Positions 27,135-35,137 of a stretch of 64,000 nucleotides of DNA are shown here, piece by piece. Below the pieces are notes generated by a model that saw only the letters and a program-made list of their open reading frames with translations, was not told where the DNA came from and searched no databases. How positions within the stretch are numbered: the first letter of the stretch is position 1; every line of letters starts with the position of its first letter. The stretch comes from a bacterium (GTDB taxonomy: Bacteria; Bacteroidota; Bacteroidia; Bacteroidales; UBA932), in contig CAVHPI010000001.1 in the NCBI GenBank assembly GCA_963637965.1, forward strand, positions 48,032 through 112,031, written 5' to 3'. Made by a program: the position numbers and the translations under genes.

Positions 27135-27910
27135 CTGTCACCTGCAGTATTTTTGGCGAGCAGTTCCTCCGCCAGTTTGATATAATCGCCCGCCGCGTCG
27201 CTGGCCGGAGCATAAATCAGGGCCGGCCTGGAATAGGACGGAGCCTCCGCCAGAGAGGCGTTGCGGCTTATGATGGTCTTGAACACCTTGTCGCCGAAGT
27301 GCTCCCGCATCTCGCTGATGATTTCGTCGTGCAGGGGGATGCGGCTGTCGTAGATGGTAAAAAGGAATCCCTCGATGCCCAGGTCGCCGTTGACCTTGTC
27401 CTGCACCACCTTGATGGTGCCCAGCAGGCGCCCGAGCGACTCCAATGCAAAGAATTCGGGCTGCATCGGGATTATCACGGAGTCGGCAGCCCCCAGGGCG
27501 TTGACGGTGAGCAGCCCCAGAGAAGGGGTGGTGTCTATTATGATGTAGTCGTATTCCGACTTGACCCTGTCGAGCACGCCCCGCAGGACCAGTTCGCGGT
27601 TTTCGCTCTCCATCAGCTCCACCTCGACCCCTATCAGGTCGATATGGGAGGGGACGGCCTTAAGGCAGGGGAGAACGGTGTTGCAGGTCATCTTCTGCAG
27701 CGGCTCGCCCCCGCAGATGCTCCGGTAGAGATTCTGCCCCGAGGCGGCCTGCGCCCCGAGCCCAAGATAGGCGGTGGCATTGGCCTCCGGGTCGGCATCC
27801 ACCAGAAGGGTGCGCACCGAGCCGGCAGCCAGACTGGCGGCCAGATTCACAGCGGTCGTGGTCTTGCCCACGCCCCCTTTCTGATTGGCTATTGCGATTG
27901 TCTTTCCCAT
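27131..27910 (-). CDS. parA: ParA/Soj family partition ATPase
   Basis: Deviant Walker A IAIANQKGGVGKTTTAVNLA; 259 aa, typical chromosomal ParA layout. Confidence 0.9.
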   Translation of the reverse strand: MGKTIAIANQKGGVGKTTTAVNLAASLAAGSVRTLLVDADPEANATAYLGLGAQAASGQNLYRSICGGEPLQKMTCNTVLPCLKAVPSHIDLIGVEVELMESENRELVLRGVLDRVKSEYDYIIIDTTPSLGLLTVNALGAADSVIIPMQPEFFALESLGRLLGTIKVVQDKVNGDLGIEGFLFTIYDSRIPLHDEIISEMREHFGDKVFKTIISRNASLAEAPSYSRPALIYAPASDAAGDYIKLAEELLAKNTAGDR

Positions 27911-27963
27911 TAAAAACTACCGAGAGTTTGCGAAGGGGTAAAATTAGCAAATGTTTTGTTACA

Positions 27964-29778
27964 TTAAAAATCAAAGTCGGCCTGCACCCTCGCTTCAAAA
28001 CCTCCAGAATAGGCCGCAAGGCCGCTCAGAGTGACCCCACGGCCCATTTTTGCCTTGACCAAGAGGCGTGCTGCAATTCCCTTGCCGAGATAATAATTGA
28101 AGGTAAAATTGCCGGGCAGGTCGCTCTCGTAGAGATAGACCCTGGCCGCATAGCTGCCGGCGTTATACCAGGAGGCCGACACTGCCGCGCTGAGGCGTCC
28201 CTTCAAAAAGCCGCGAACCGCCCCGGCCGAGACGGCGGTGCCGCTGCAGGCGCTGCCGCCGATGTTGCAGAGCGATGCTCCCACGCGCAGCGTGCAGCTC
28301 CAAAGCCCCTTCTCCCAGCGGGCCGTCCCCTTCAGACAGTGGCGGCGGCTTAGGTCGGCGGTGCGGCAGGAATAATTCTCCCGCAGCGAGAAGGTAAAAT
28401 CCCCGGCCTCCAGCTCTGCGGAGAGCCTCTCGCTGAAGGCGGACGAAGGACCGTCCACCCGATATCGCACCCCGGGGTAGTGCACCGCCTCTGTCTGGGA
28501 GTTCAGTGTGAGGGAGCCGAGCGGCCGCCAGAGCAGCGAGATCACCGCCCCTCTCTGGTTGGAAACCGATGAGATGGAGGAGCGGCTGCCGGCGTGCGGG
28601 GCGATGTACCCCGGGTGGTAACAGCGCAGGTGCAGCGCCGCCTCAAAGCCGTAGGAGGGGGAGAACACCGCCCCCGCCACCGCCGCCGGACGCAACCCGC
28701 GCCCCAGCGCCGCCTCTGCAAACAGCCTCCAGTGCCCCAGGCTCAGCAGCGCATCGGCAGAGATGTTGCCGCAAATGCCGTCGTACATCTGCAGCCGGTT
28801 GTAGGACTCCGCCTTGCGGGCGTTGCAGCGGTTGTAGCCGTATGTCACGACGGTCATACCGCAGTGCAGATGCTCTCCCCGGCGGGTTATGTTAGCCCCC
28901 GCAAGATACTCGCGCATGGCGTTTTTGCACGATTTCTCATAGATTGTGCGGTGATAGCCCGTCTTGCTGACGGATGTGTAGCCCTCGTCGGTGACTTTTG
29001 CGTCGACGGCCGCCGCCGAGAGCAGCAGCGAGGCCTCCCAGCCGCCGCCGAGAACCCGCGTGGCGGCCGCTCCGCGCAGCGCCCGGCTCTCGTCGGCCGA
29101 TTTGTAGGGGGTTATCCCCTTTGCGCGGCGCAGCAGGGATGCCGGAGCCCCCGCCCCGCTGAAAGCGAAGGCGCTCCAGAGGGCCGCTCCCTGGCCAAAG
29201 CAGGCGCTGTAGTCGCCCGCAATCACCTTCCAGGGGCCCTTTTCGTATGCAAGATATCCGCCCACGTGGTCTATGAGGGGTTTCTCGCCGGCATCGCTCT
29301 CTGCAAGCAGGCCGCCCTGCCAGGAGTCGTGCTGCAGCAGAATGCGGTTGTACTGGTGCACTCCGCCCGTGCCGCTCTTGTATCTGTAGCGGGAACGCGC
29401 CTGCAGCGATACCTCTGCCGCCGTGCCGCTGCCAAGGGTGATGCGCCCCGCAATCCTCTCGCAGAACTCCTTTGAGAAGCCGTCTACCAGTGCAAGTTCC
29501 GCCGCTGAGAGCAACGCCCCGTATTCGGCGCGGTAATCCAGCAGACTTTCTATCTGAAATTGGGTAAAAAGGTCGCTGGCGAGCAGCTGAGAGCGCGTCG
29601 CCGCGTTCAAATCCAGCACAGAATACTGCTGCAGACACTCCTCGGCATCTTCGGCAGAGGCCCCCGCCTCAGCCATCTGTTCCATAATGTTCTCGATGTT
29701 CTGCGCACCGGCCGGTGCCGCAAAAAGGAGCGCCGCCGCCCCCAGAAAAATCAAATCCTTCCCTACTCTCTTTCCCAT
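27964..29778 (-). CDS. Helix-hairpin-helix (ComEA-like) domain fused to a predicted outer-membrane beta-barrel
   Basis: Signal peptide ending AGAQ. HhH-like LDLNAATRSQLLA...ELALVDGFSKEFCERI. The remaining ~480 aa show an alternating beta-strand pattern ending in ...RVQADFDF (aromatic C-terminus typical of OMPs). Confidence 0.6.
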   Translation of the reverse strand: MGKRVGKDLIFLGAAALLFAAPAGAQNIENIMEQMAEAGASAEDAEECLQQYSVLDLNAATRSQLLASDLFTQFQIESLLDYRAEYGALLSAAELALVDGFSKEFCERIAGRITLGSGTAAEVSLQARSRYRYKSGTGGVHQYNRILLQHDSWQGGLLAESDAGEKPLIDHVGGYLAYEKGPWKVIAGDYSACFGQGAALWSAFAFSGAGAPASLLRRAKGITPYKSADESRALRGAAATRVLGGGWEASLLLSAAAVDAKVTDEGYTSVSKTGYHRTIYEKSCKNAMREYLAGANITRRGEHLHCGMTVVTYGYNRCNARKAESYNRLQMYDGICGNISADALLSLGHWRLFAEAALGRGLRPAAVAGAVFSPSYGFEAALHLRCYHPGYIAPHAGSRSSISSVSNQRGAVISLLWRPLGSLTLNSQTEAVHYPGVRYRVDGPSSAFSERLSAELEAGDFTFSLRENYSCRTADLSRRHCLKGTARWEKGLWSCTLRVGASLCNIGGSACSGTAVSAGAVRGFLKGRLSAAVSASWYNAGSYAARVYLYESDLPGNFTFNYYLGKGIAARLLVKAKMGRGVTLSGLAAYSGGFEARVQADFDF

Positions 29779-29793
29779 ATTTATTATTCCTCC

Positions 29794-29947
29794 CCTCTAA
29801 ACTCTCAACACTAAACTCTAAACTTTTAACACCCCAGCACCCTACCGCACACTTTCTGTTAATGACCCCAACCCTAAATCCCTTCCCCCGGGAAGGGACT
29901 TACCCAACGGCGCCTTCGCGCCTCTAAACTCTACACTCTAAACTCTT
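29794..29947. repeat. Two ~28-nt direct repeats flanking a ~100-nt core with a GC hairpin; the repeats resemble the end module of the dispersed repeat family
   Basis: CCTCTAAACTCTCAACACTAAACTCTAAAC (29794-29823) versus CCTCTAAACTCTACACTCTAAACTCTTG (29921-29947). Compare ACCTCTCAACTCCCCAACACTCTACACTCC at 24347-24376 and the reverse complement of 45102-45126. Hairpin TCCCTTCC-CCCG-GGAAGGGA at 29879-29898. Confidence 0.7.
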
Positions 29948-30007
29948 GTAGTCTGGCAGTCTTTCAAATATACTATCTTTACAGGCCGAATGCAAATGCC
30001 GCCCGCA

Positions 30008-30988
30008 ATGATTTACATAATCGACCCCGAAACCGACCCATACCGCAATCTCGCCGCAGAAGAATACCTGCTGCACAACTTCTCGCAGCCCGTGTTCCGG
30101 CTCTGGCGCAACCAGAGCTGCGTGGTGATCGGACGCAACCAGAACGCCCTCGCCGAAATTGACCTGGACTATGTCCAGAGCCACGGCATAAAGGTAGTGC
30201 GGCGCCTGAGCGGCGGCGGAGCGGTGTTCCACGACCTGGGCAACGTCAACTTCACCTTCATAGACGCCCGTCGCGACGGGGAGGACACCTCGCAGATGTT
30301 CCGCCGATTCACCGCCCCCATTCTGGAGGCGCTCGCGTCGCTGGGAGTCGACGCCCGCCTGGAGGGGCGCAACGACCTCTGCATAGAGCATCGCAAATTC
30401 TCCGGCAACGCCATCTGCACAGAGCGCGGCAGGGTGCTGCAGCACGGCACACTGCTCTTTTCCGCCTCGATGAGCTCGCTCTCCGGAGCGCTCCGCAGCC
30501 GCAGCCTCAAATACAGCGACAAGGCGGTCAAGAGCAATATCAGCCGCGTCACCAATATCTCCAGCCACCTGCCCTGCAAGATGGATGTGGATGCATTTGT
30601 GCAATACCTCGCCGGCAGAATCTCCGGCGGCGAGCCTCTCTACACCTACACCGACGCCGACAAGGCCGCCATCAGAGAACTGGCTGGCAGCAAATACTCC
30701 ACCGACGCGTGGAACTTTGCCGCCAGCCCCAGATACTCATTCTCCGGCAGCGCCAAGCTCCCCTGCGGCGTGGTGGAAATCACATTTGACGTGGAGCGAG
30801 GCATAATATCCCGCCTCTCCATCACCGGAGACTTCTTCTTCACCCGCCCCATCGGGGAGTTCTGCGCCAAAATGACAGGCTGCCCGCACGACAAAGAAAA
30901 AATCGCCGGGCGGATCTCTGAAATCTCGCCCGGCGACTATTTCGGACCGGTCAGCTGCCAGGAGCTGGCCTCTCTGTTTTTTGACTGA
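30008..30988 (+). CDS. lplA: Lipoate--protein ligase A
   Basis: The start is taken at ATG 30008 (MIYIIDPETDPYRNLAAEEYLL, which aligns with the LplA N-terminus); 29990 is also possible. RRLSGGGAVFHDLGN motif. C-terminal accessory domain present. Confidence 0.9.
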   Translation: MIYIIDPETDPYRNLAAEEYLLHNFSQPVFRLWRNQSCVVIGRNQNALAEIDLDYVQSHGIKVVRRLSGGGAVFHDLGNVNFTFIDARRDGEDTSQMFRRFTAPILEALASLGVDARLEGRNDLCIEHRKFSGNAICTERGRVLQHGTLLFSASMSSLSGALRSRSLKYSDKAVKSNISRVTNISSHLPCKMDVDAFVQYLAGRISGGEPLYTYTDADKAAIRELAGSKYSTDAWNFAASPRYSFSGSAKLPCGVVEITFDVERGIISRLSITGDFFFTRPIGEFCAKMTGCPHDKEKIAGRISEISPGDYFGPVSCQELASLFFD

Positions 30989-30993
30989 AAATA

Positions 30994-31284
30994 CTATTTG
31001 TAGCGCTTCTCCCTTGCCGATACCAATTTGTCTTTGAGCACGCCCACACACTCCGTCACGGCGTTTTCGAATGTGTCTGCATTGCGCTCCACTACAACTT
31101 CACTACCCGGAATGAGCACCCTGACCTTAACGTTCTTGTTTGCAGGGTCGGGAAGCAAGGACAGGGCTACCTCGCAGCAAATCGCATCTTCGTAGAATTT
31201 CTCCAGTTTGCCAACCTTGAGGTTAACATAGTCGAGCAGTCTCTGATCTGCGTCGAACTTGATTGATTGAACCTTGATTTCCAT
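30994..31284 (-). CDS. hpf: Ribosome hibernation promoting factor / RaiA (short form)
   Basis: 96 aa. MEIKVQSIKFDADQRLLDYVNLKVGKLEKFY is the typical S30AE/HPF start. Confidence 0.9.
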   Translation of the reverse strand: MEIKVQSIKFDADQRLLDYVNLKVGKLEKFYEDAICCEVALSLLPDPANKNVKVRVLIPGSEVVVERNADTFENAVTECVGVLKDKLVSAREKRYK

Positions 31285-31290
31285 TTCACA

Positions 31291-32229
31291 TCATTTTTTT
31301 GCTCTTGGATGAGCGTTTATATATACACTTTTGAGCTGCTCGAACGAATTGTGCGTATAGACCTGAGTCGCCGCAAGCGAAGAGTGCCCGAGCACCTCTT
31401 TTATGCTGTTTATGTCGGCCCCGTTGTTAAGCAGGTGGGTTGCCAGCGAATGCCGCAGCACGTGGGGCGATTTCTTGCCGGAGAAACCATCCTCGCCGCT
31501 GAAGGCCGCCTTGACCGTGTTGTTAACGAACTGTGGGTAAAGCCGGCGCCCCTTGTCAGTTACAAAAAACCAGCCGCCACCGCCCCCCGCTTCACTTTTA
31601 AGCCTTTCCAAATATAACAAAATTTCTTTGCATATCCTCTCCGGAACGGGAATTTCTCTGGTTTTATCTCCCTTGCCCGTCACTCGGAACACCCGGCGCG
31701 ATGAGTCAAAGTCGCCGCAGCGCAGATTGCACAGCTCTGCGCGCCGCATTCCGGTGGTGTAGAGCAGCAGAATCATCATTCTGGTGCGCAGCTCGCAGAA
31801 GGGGACCTTGCCGTCAGCATCCTGCGCCGCATCCTCGGCCTCCCGCTCCGCGCTCTTTTCAAGGTAGGCGTCCAAGCTGGCCTGGGTGTAGAACTGCGGC
31901 AGCGGATGGTCTTCGCGCGGGCGATAAACCTTGTGCACGGGGTTCGATTCCAGAAAGGAGCTTTTCACCAGCCAGGCGCAAAAGCTGCTTAGGGCCGATA
32001 GTTTGAGGTTGACGGTGCGCGGGCTCGCACCGGCCTCCAGCGCCGCCGCCACAAAGCCCCTTATCAGGCCGGGCGTAAGCGCCTCCTTCAGCTGAGCATC
32101 GGAGGGGACGCCCTCCACCTCCGGCAGGGCGTACCGGATGAATTCGTCTATCACCCCGCTGTAAATCTCCGCCGTGCGGGGCGAATAGCGCCGCTGCGTG
32201 AGCAAATACACTATAAACCTCTCTTCCAT
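31291..32229 (-). CDS. Tyrosine recombinase XerC/XerD-like (housekeeping context next to rpsU and hpf)
   Basis: ATG 32229 (the track starts at TTG 32238). N-terminal SAM-like core-binding domain. Catalytic R...HVLRHSLATHLL...LGHSSLAATQVYTH. Confidence 0.85.
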   Translation of the reverse strand: MEERFIVYLLTQRRYSPRTAEIYSGVIDEFIRYALPEVEGVPSDAQLKEALTPGLIRGFVAAALEAGASPRTVNLKLSALSSFCAWLVKSSFLESNPVHKVYRPREDHPLPQFYTQASLDAYLEKSAEREAEDAAQDADGKVPFCELRTRMMILLLYTTGMRRAELCNLRCGDFDSSRRVFRVTGKGDKTREIPVPERICKEILLYLERLKSEAGGGGGWFFVTDKGRRLYPQFVNNTVKAAFSGEDGFSGKKSPHVLRHSLATHLLNNGADINSIKEVLGHSSLAATQVYTHNSFEQLKSVYINAHPRAKK

Positions 32230-32249
32230 AGGCGCCAAGGTAACAAAAA

Positions 32250-32280
32250 TTTGGGGATGAGAAAAACTTGACTATCTTTG
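32250..32280 (+). promoter_or_regulatory. Candidate rpsU promoter (-33 TTTG, -7 TATCTTTG)
   Basis: TTTG at 32250-32253, a 19-nt spacer, then TATCTTTG at 32273-32280. Confidence 0.55.
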
Positions 32281-32293
32281 CAGTCCCTAAAAA

Positions 32294-32302
32294 AAGGAGG
32301 TG
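32294..32302 (+). promoter_or_regulatory. Strong Shine-Dalgarno sequence AAGGAGGTG upstream of rpsU
   Basis: Perfect complement to the 16S anti-SD, 9 nt before ATG 32312. Almost no other gene in the window has one. Confidence 0.8.
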
Positions 32303-32311
32303 TAGCAAATT

Positions 32312-32503
32312 ATGATTATCGTACAGATTAAAGAGGGTGAAAACATTGAGAAGGCCCTGAAGAAATTCAAACGCAAATTTGAAAAAACCGGTACTGTCCG
32401 CGAGCTCCGCGGCCGTCGCGAATTCAAGAAACCCTCTGTAGTACGCAGAGAGCAGAAAAACAAAGCTATCTACGTTCAGCATTTGCGCCTCGAAGAGGAG
32501 TAA
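32312..32503 (+). CDS. rpsU: 30S ribosomal protein bS21
   Basis: 63 aa. MIIVQIKEGENIEKALKKFKRKFEKTG...REFKKPS...R. Confidence 0.97.
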   Translation: MIIVQIKEGENIEKALKKFKRKFEKTGTVRELRGRREFKKPSVVRREQKNKAIYVQHLRLEEE

Positions 32504-32526
32504 TCTCAAAAAAATCACCATACAAG

Positions 32527-32556
32527 GCCGGTCCCTCCAAAGGACCGGCTTTTTTT
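32527..32556 (+). terminator. Rho-independent terminator after rpsU
   Basis: GCCGGTCC (32527-32534) pairs with GGACCGGC (32542-32549) around a 7-nt loop, followed by TTTTTTT. Confidence 0.85.
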
Positions 32557-32572
32557 ATACATTTGCGGCACT

Positions 32573-33280
32573 ATGACACTCAGAGAATACATCCGACTGG
32601 AGACCTCGGGCTGGAAAAGCGGTGAGGTCGTCTATCTGGCCGTGTGCACGCTGGCCATCCTCATCCCCTCAATAATCCACGGAGACACTCCCCTTGCGGT
32701 GATAAGCGCGACCTGCGGCGCCATCTCGGTGGTGCTCACCGGCAAGGGCAAGCTGGGGACATACATTTTTGGCGGAATCCAGTGCGCCCTCTACTCTTAT
32801 ATATCATATAAGGCGACCTACTACGGCGAGACGCTGCTGAACCTGTTTTATCTGCTGCCGCTGGAGTTCGTGGGCTTCAACGCCTGGAAAAAGAACATGA
32901 ACAGCGAAAATGCCGAAGTCATCAAGCGGCAGATGAGCTGGCGGCAGCGGCTGCTGTGGGCCGCAGTCACCGCCGCAGGCACTGTGCTGCTGGGGTTTGT
33001 ACTGCGCCGCGCGGGTGACGCGATGCCAATGACCGACGCCTTTACCACTGTGGGCACAATGATAGCGTTTGTGCTCACGGTGCGCCGCTACAGCGAGAAC
33101 TGGTGGATCTGGATTGCCATCAACGCCGCCACGGTGGTGATGTGGCTCAAGAATGTCATCTCCGGCAGCGACAGCGCCAGCATCGCCACACTGCTTATGT
33201 GGAGCGTCTATCTGGTGAATTCGGTGATAATGATGCTGCGCTGGCAGCGCGAGGCTTCCGGCAGGCAGGCTAAGCGATAG
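32573..33280 (+). CDS. pnuC: Nicotinamide riboside transporter PnuC
   Basis: 235 aa, 7-8 TM segments. [11 protein letters not shown]...Y..Y and W...W pattern typical of PnuC. Confidence 0.85.
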   Translation: MTLREYIRLETSGWKSGEVVYLAVCTLAILIPSIIHGDTPLAVISATCGAISVVLTGKGKLGTYIFGGIQCALYSYISYKATYYGETLLNLFYLLPLEFVGFNAWKKNMNSENAEVIKRQMSWRQRLLWAAVTAAGTVLLGFVLRRAGDAMPMTDAFTTVGTMIAFVLTVRRYSENWWIWIAINAATVVMWLKNVISGSDSASIATLLMWSVYLVNSVIMMLRWQREASGRQAKR

Positions 33281-34271
33281 GGCGGTTCAGGACCTCCCAA
33301 ATCATATCCTTGAGGTGCATCAGGCCGCTGCCCGCCACGGCGCTGATAAAAGTGTGGGGGACCTCCGCGGGGAGAGTCTTCTCTATCTCCGCGCGCAGTT
33401 CATCGTCCAGCAGGTCATCCTTGGTGATGACGAGTATGCGCTCCTTGTCAAGCAGCTCGGGATTGTAGAGCTGCAGCTCGCGCAGCAGCATACTGTAGGT
33501 GGCGGCCACATCCTCGGTGTCGGCGGCCACCATAAAGAGCAGCATCGAGTTGCGCTCAATATGGCGCAGGAATCGCAGTCCAAGGCCGCGGCCCTCGTGC
33601 GCCCCCTCGATAATGCCGGGGATATCGGCAATCACAAACGAGCGGTCGTCGCGGTAAGAGACGATGCCCAGACTCGGCTCCAGGGTGGTGAAGGCGTAGT
33701 CGGCAATCTTGGGGCGGGCGGCCGAGAGGGACGACACCAGGGTCGACTTGCCCGCGTTGGGGAGTCCTACCAGCCCGACATCCGCCATAATCTTGAGCTC
33801 GAGAGTAACCCACCCCTCCTCGCACGGCTCGCCCGGCTGGGCATAGCGCGGCGTCTGGTTGGTGGGGCTCTTGAAGTTGTTGTTGCCCAAGCCGCCGCGG
33901 CCGCCGCGCCGCAGAATCACCTGCTGGCCGTCGTCCATAACCTCGCAGATGAGCTCGCCCGTCTCGGCATCGCTGGCCACGGTGCCCAGCGGGACATCCA
34001 GATATATATCCTTGCCGTCGGCTCCGCTGCGCAGGCCTCCGCTGCCCGCCTCACCGTTGTCGGCCTTGATGTGCTTCTTGTATTTGAGGTGGATCAGGGT
34101 CCACATCTGCCTGTTGCCCCGCAGGATTATGTGGCCGCCGCGGCCTCCGTCGCCGCCGTCGGGACCCCCTTTGGGCACATATTTTTCACGGCGCAGATGC
34201 ACGCTGCCCGCCCCGCCCGCGCCCGAAGCGCAGTATATCTTCACGTAATCTATGAAATTGCTCTCTGCCAT
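33270..34271 (-). CDS. obg: GTPase Obg/CgtA
   Basis: The start is taken at ATG 34271 ([31 protein letters not shown]). Glycine-rich Obg fold [14 protein letters not shown]1 [10 protein letters not shown]3 DIPG, NKxD-like TKDD. Confidence 0.95.
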   Translation of the reverse strand: MAESNFIDYVKIYCASGAGGAGSVHLRREKYVPKGGPDGGDGGRGGHIILRGNRQMWTLIHLKYKKHIKADNGEAGSGGLRSGADGKDIYLDVPLGTVASDAETGELICEVMDDGQQVILRRGGRGGLGNNNFKSPTNQTPRYAQPGEPCEEGWVTLELKIMADVGLVGLPNAGKSTLVSSLSAARPKIADYAFTTLEPSLGIVSYRDDRSFVIADIPGIIEGAHEGRGLGLRFLRHIERNSMLLFMVAADTEDVAATYSMLLRELQLYNPELLDKERILVITKDDLLDDELRAEIEKTLPAEVPHTFISAVAGSGLMHLKDMIWEVLNRPIA

Positions 34272-34420
34272 AATGCGTTTAAAATGCAAAAGTAACCATT
34301 TTGTCAGAATAATTGCTACATTTGTGTTTGGCATGCTTCTTGGACGGGACATGCCCGGTCATTTTTGACAATTATTATACAAACTATAACTTTATCAACA
34401 TTTAAAAGTTTTTTAATCAG

Positions 34421-35038
34421 ATGAAAAACGTTATCAAAACTGTAGCAGCGGCAATGCTTCTGCTCGTAGGTTCCCAGGCATTTGCACAGTCTTTCGGTGC
34501 AGGTTACGTAAGCTCCACCAAGACCACCGGCAATTCCACATCCAATGCAAACGGCTTCTATGTAGGTGTCAACTACAAAGCTGAATTCGCTCCCGGCCTC
34601 AGCCTGAACCCCGGTCTCTACTATGAGTTCCTCACCTCCAGCAACGGCGCAAATGTCGGCAGCATCATTGCAGCTGACGCCACTGTTCAGGAGCACTATG
34701 TAAACGTACCTTTCCACGTAAGCTATTCGATGAACTTCGCTCCCACATTCAAGCTCTTCGTTTATGCAGGTCCCACAGCCAATGTAGGCATCGCTTCCAC
34801 CACCAAGACCACAGTCACCAGCGTTGTCGGCGGCGGCAGCAAATCCATCAACAACTATGACGAGGGTTACAACTACAGCCGCTTCGATGTAATGCTGGGC
34901 GGCGGCATCGGCGCCGAGGTAATGAACAAATTCCGCGTGAACGTCGGCTACGACTGGGGCATGATTGACCGCAACACCAGCGACAACGCATCCCTGCACC
35001 GCAACCGTCTCACCGCAGGTGTGGCATTCGTTTTCTAA
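34421..35038 (+). CDS. Small outer-membrane beta-barrel protein (OmpA-N/OmpW-like 'porin family')
   Basis: Signal peptide ...SQAFAQ. 8-strand-like alternating pattern, C-terminal ...LTAGVAFVF. Codon usage looks like a highly expressed gene. Confidence 0.75.
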   Translation: MKNVIKTVAAAMLLLVGSQAFAQSFGAGYVSSTKTTGNSTSNANGFYVGVNYKAEFAPGLSLNPGLYYEFLTSSNGANVGSIIAADATVQEHYVNVPFHVSYSMNFAPTFKLFVYAGPTANVGIASTTKTTVTSVVGGGSKSINNYDEGYNYSRFDVMLGGGIGAEVMNKFRVNVGYDWGMIDRNTSDNASLHRNRLTAGVAFVF

Positions 35039-35057
35039 TCCATAATTGATATTTCTT

Positions 35058-35100
35058 CAATGGCGGTCCCTTCCTTGCAGAAGGGGCCGCCATTGTTTTT
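35058..35100 (+). terminator. Rho-independent terminator after the OMP gene
   Basis: CAATGGCGGTCCC (35058-35070) pairs with GGGGCCGCCATTG (35083-35095): 13 bp with one G-U, then TTTTT. Confidence 0.8.
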
Positions 35101-35137
35101 ACAGTTTTGCTATCTTTACGGCTCAAAACCTCAAAAA

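Noticed and set aside
31291-32229. The tyrosine recombinase as a marker of an integrated mobile element.
   Set aside because: It sits between hpf and rpsU, a housekeeping context. It has no flanking direct repeats, tRNA target, excisionase, or phage or conjugation genes. It is best read as the chromosomal XerC/D-type recombinase.
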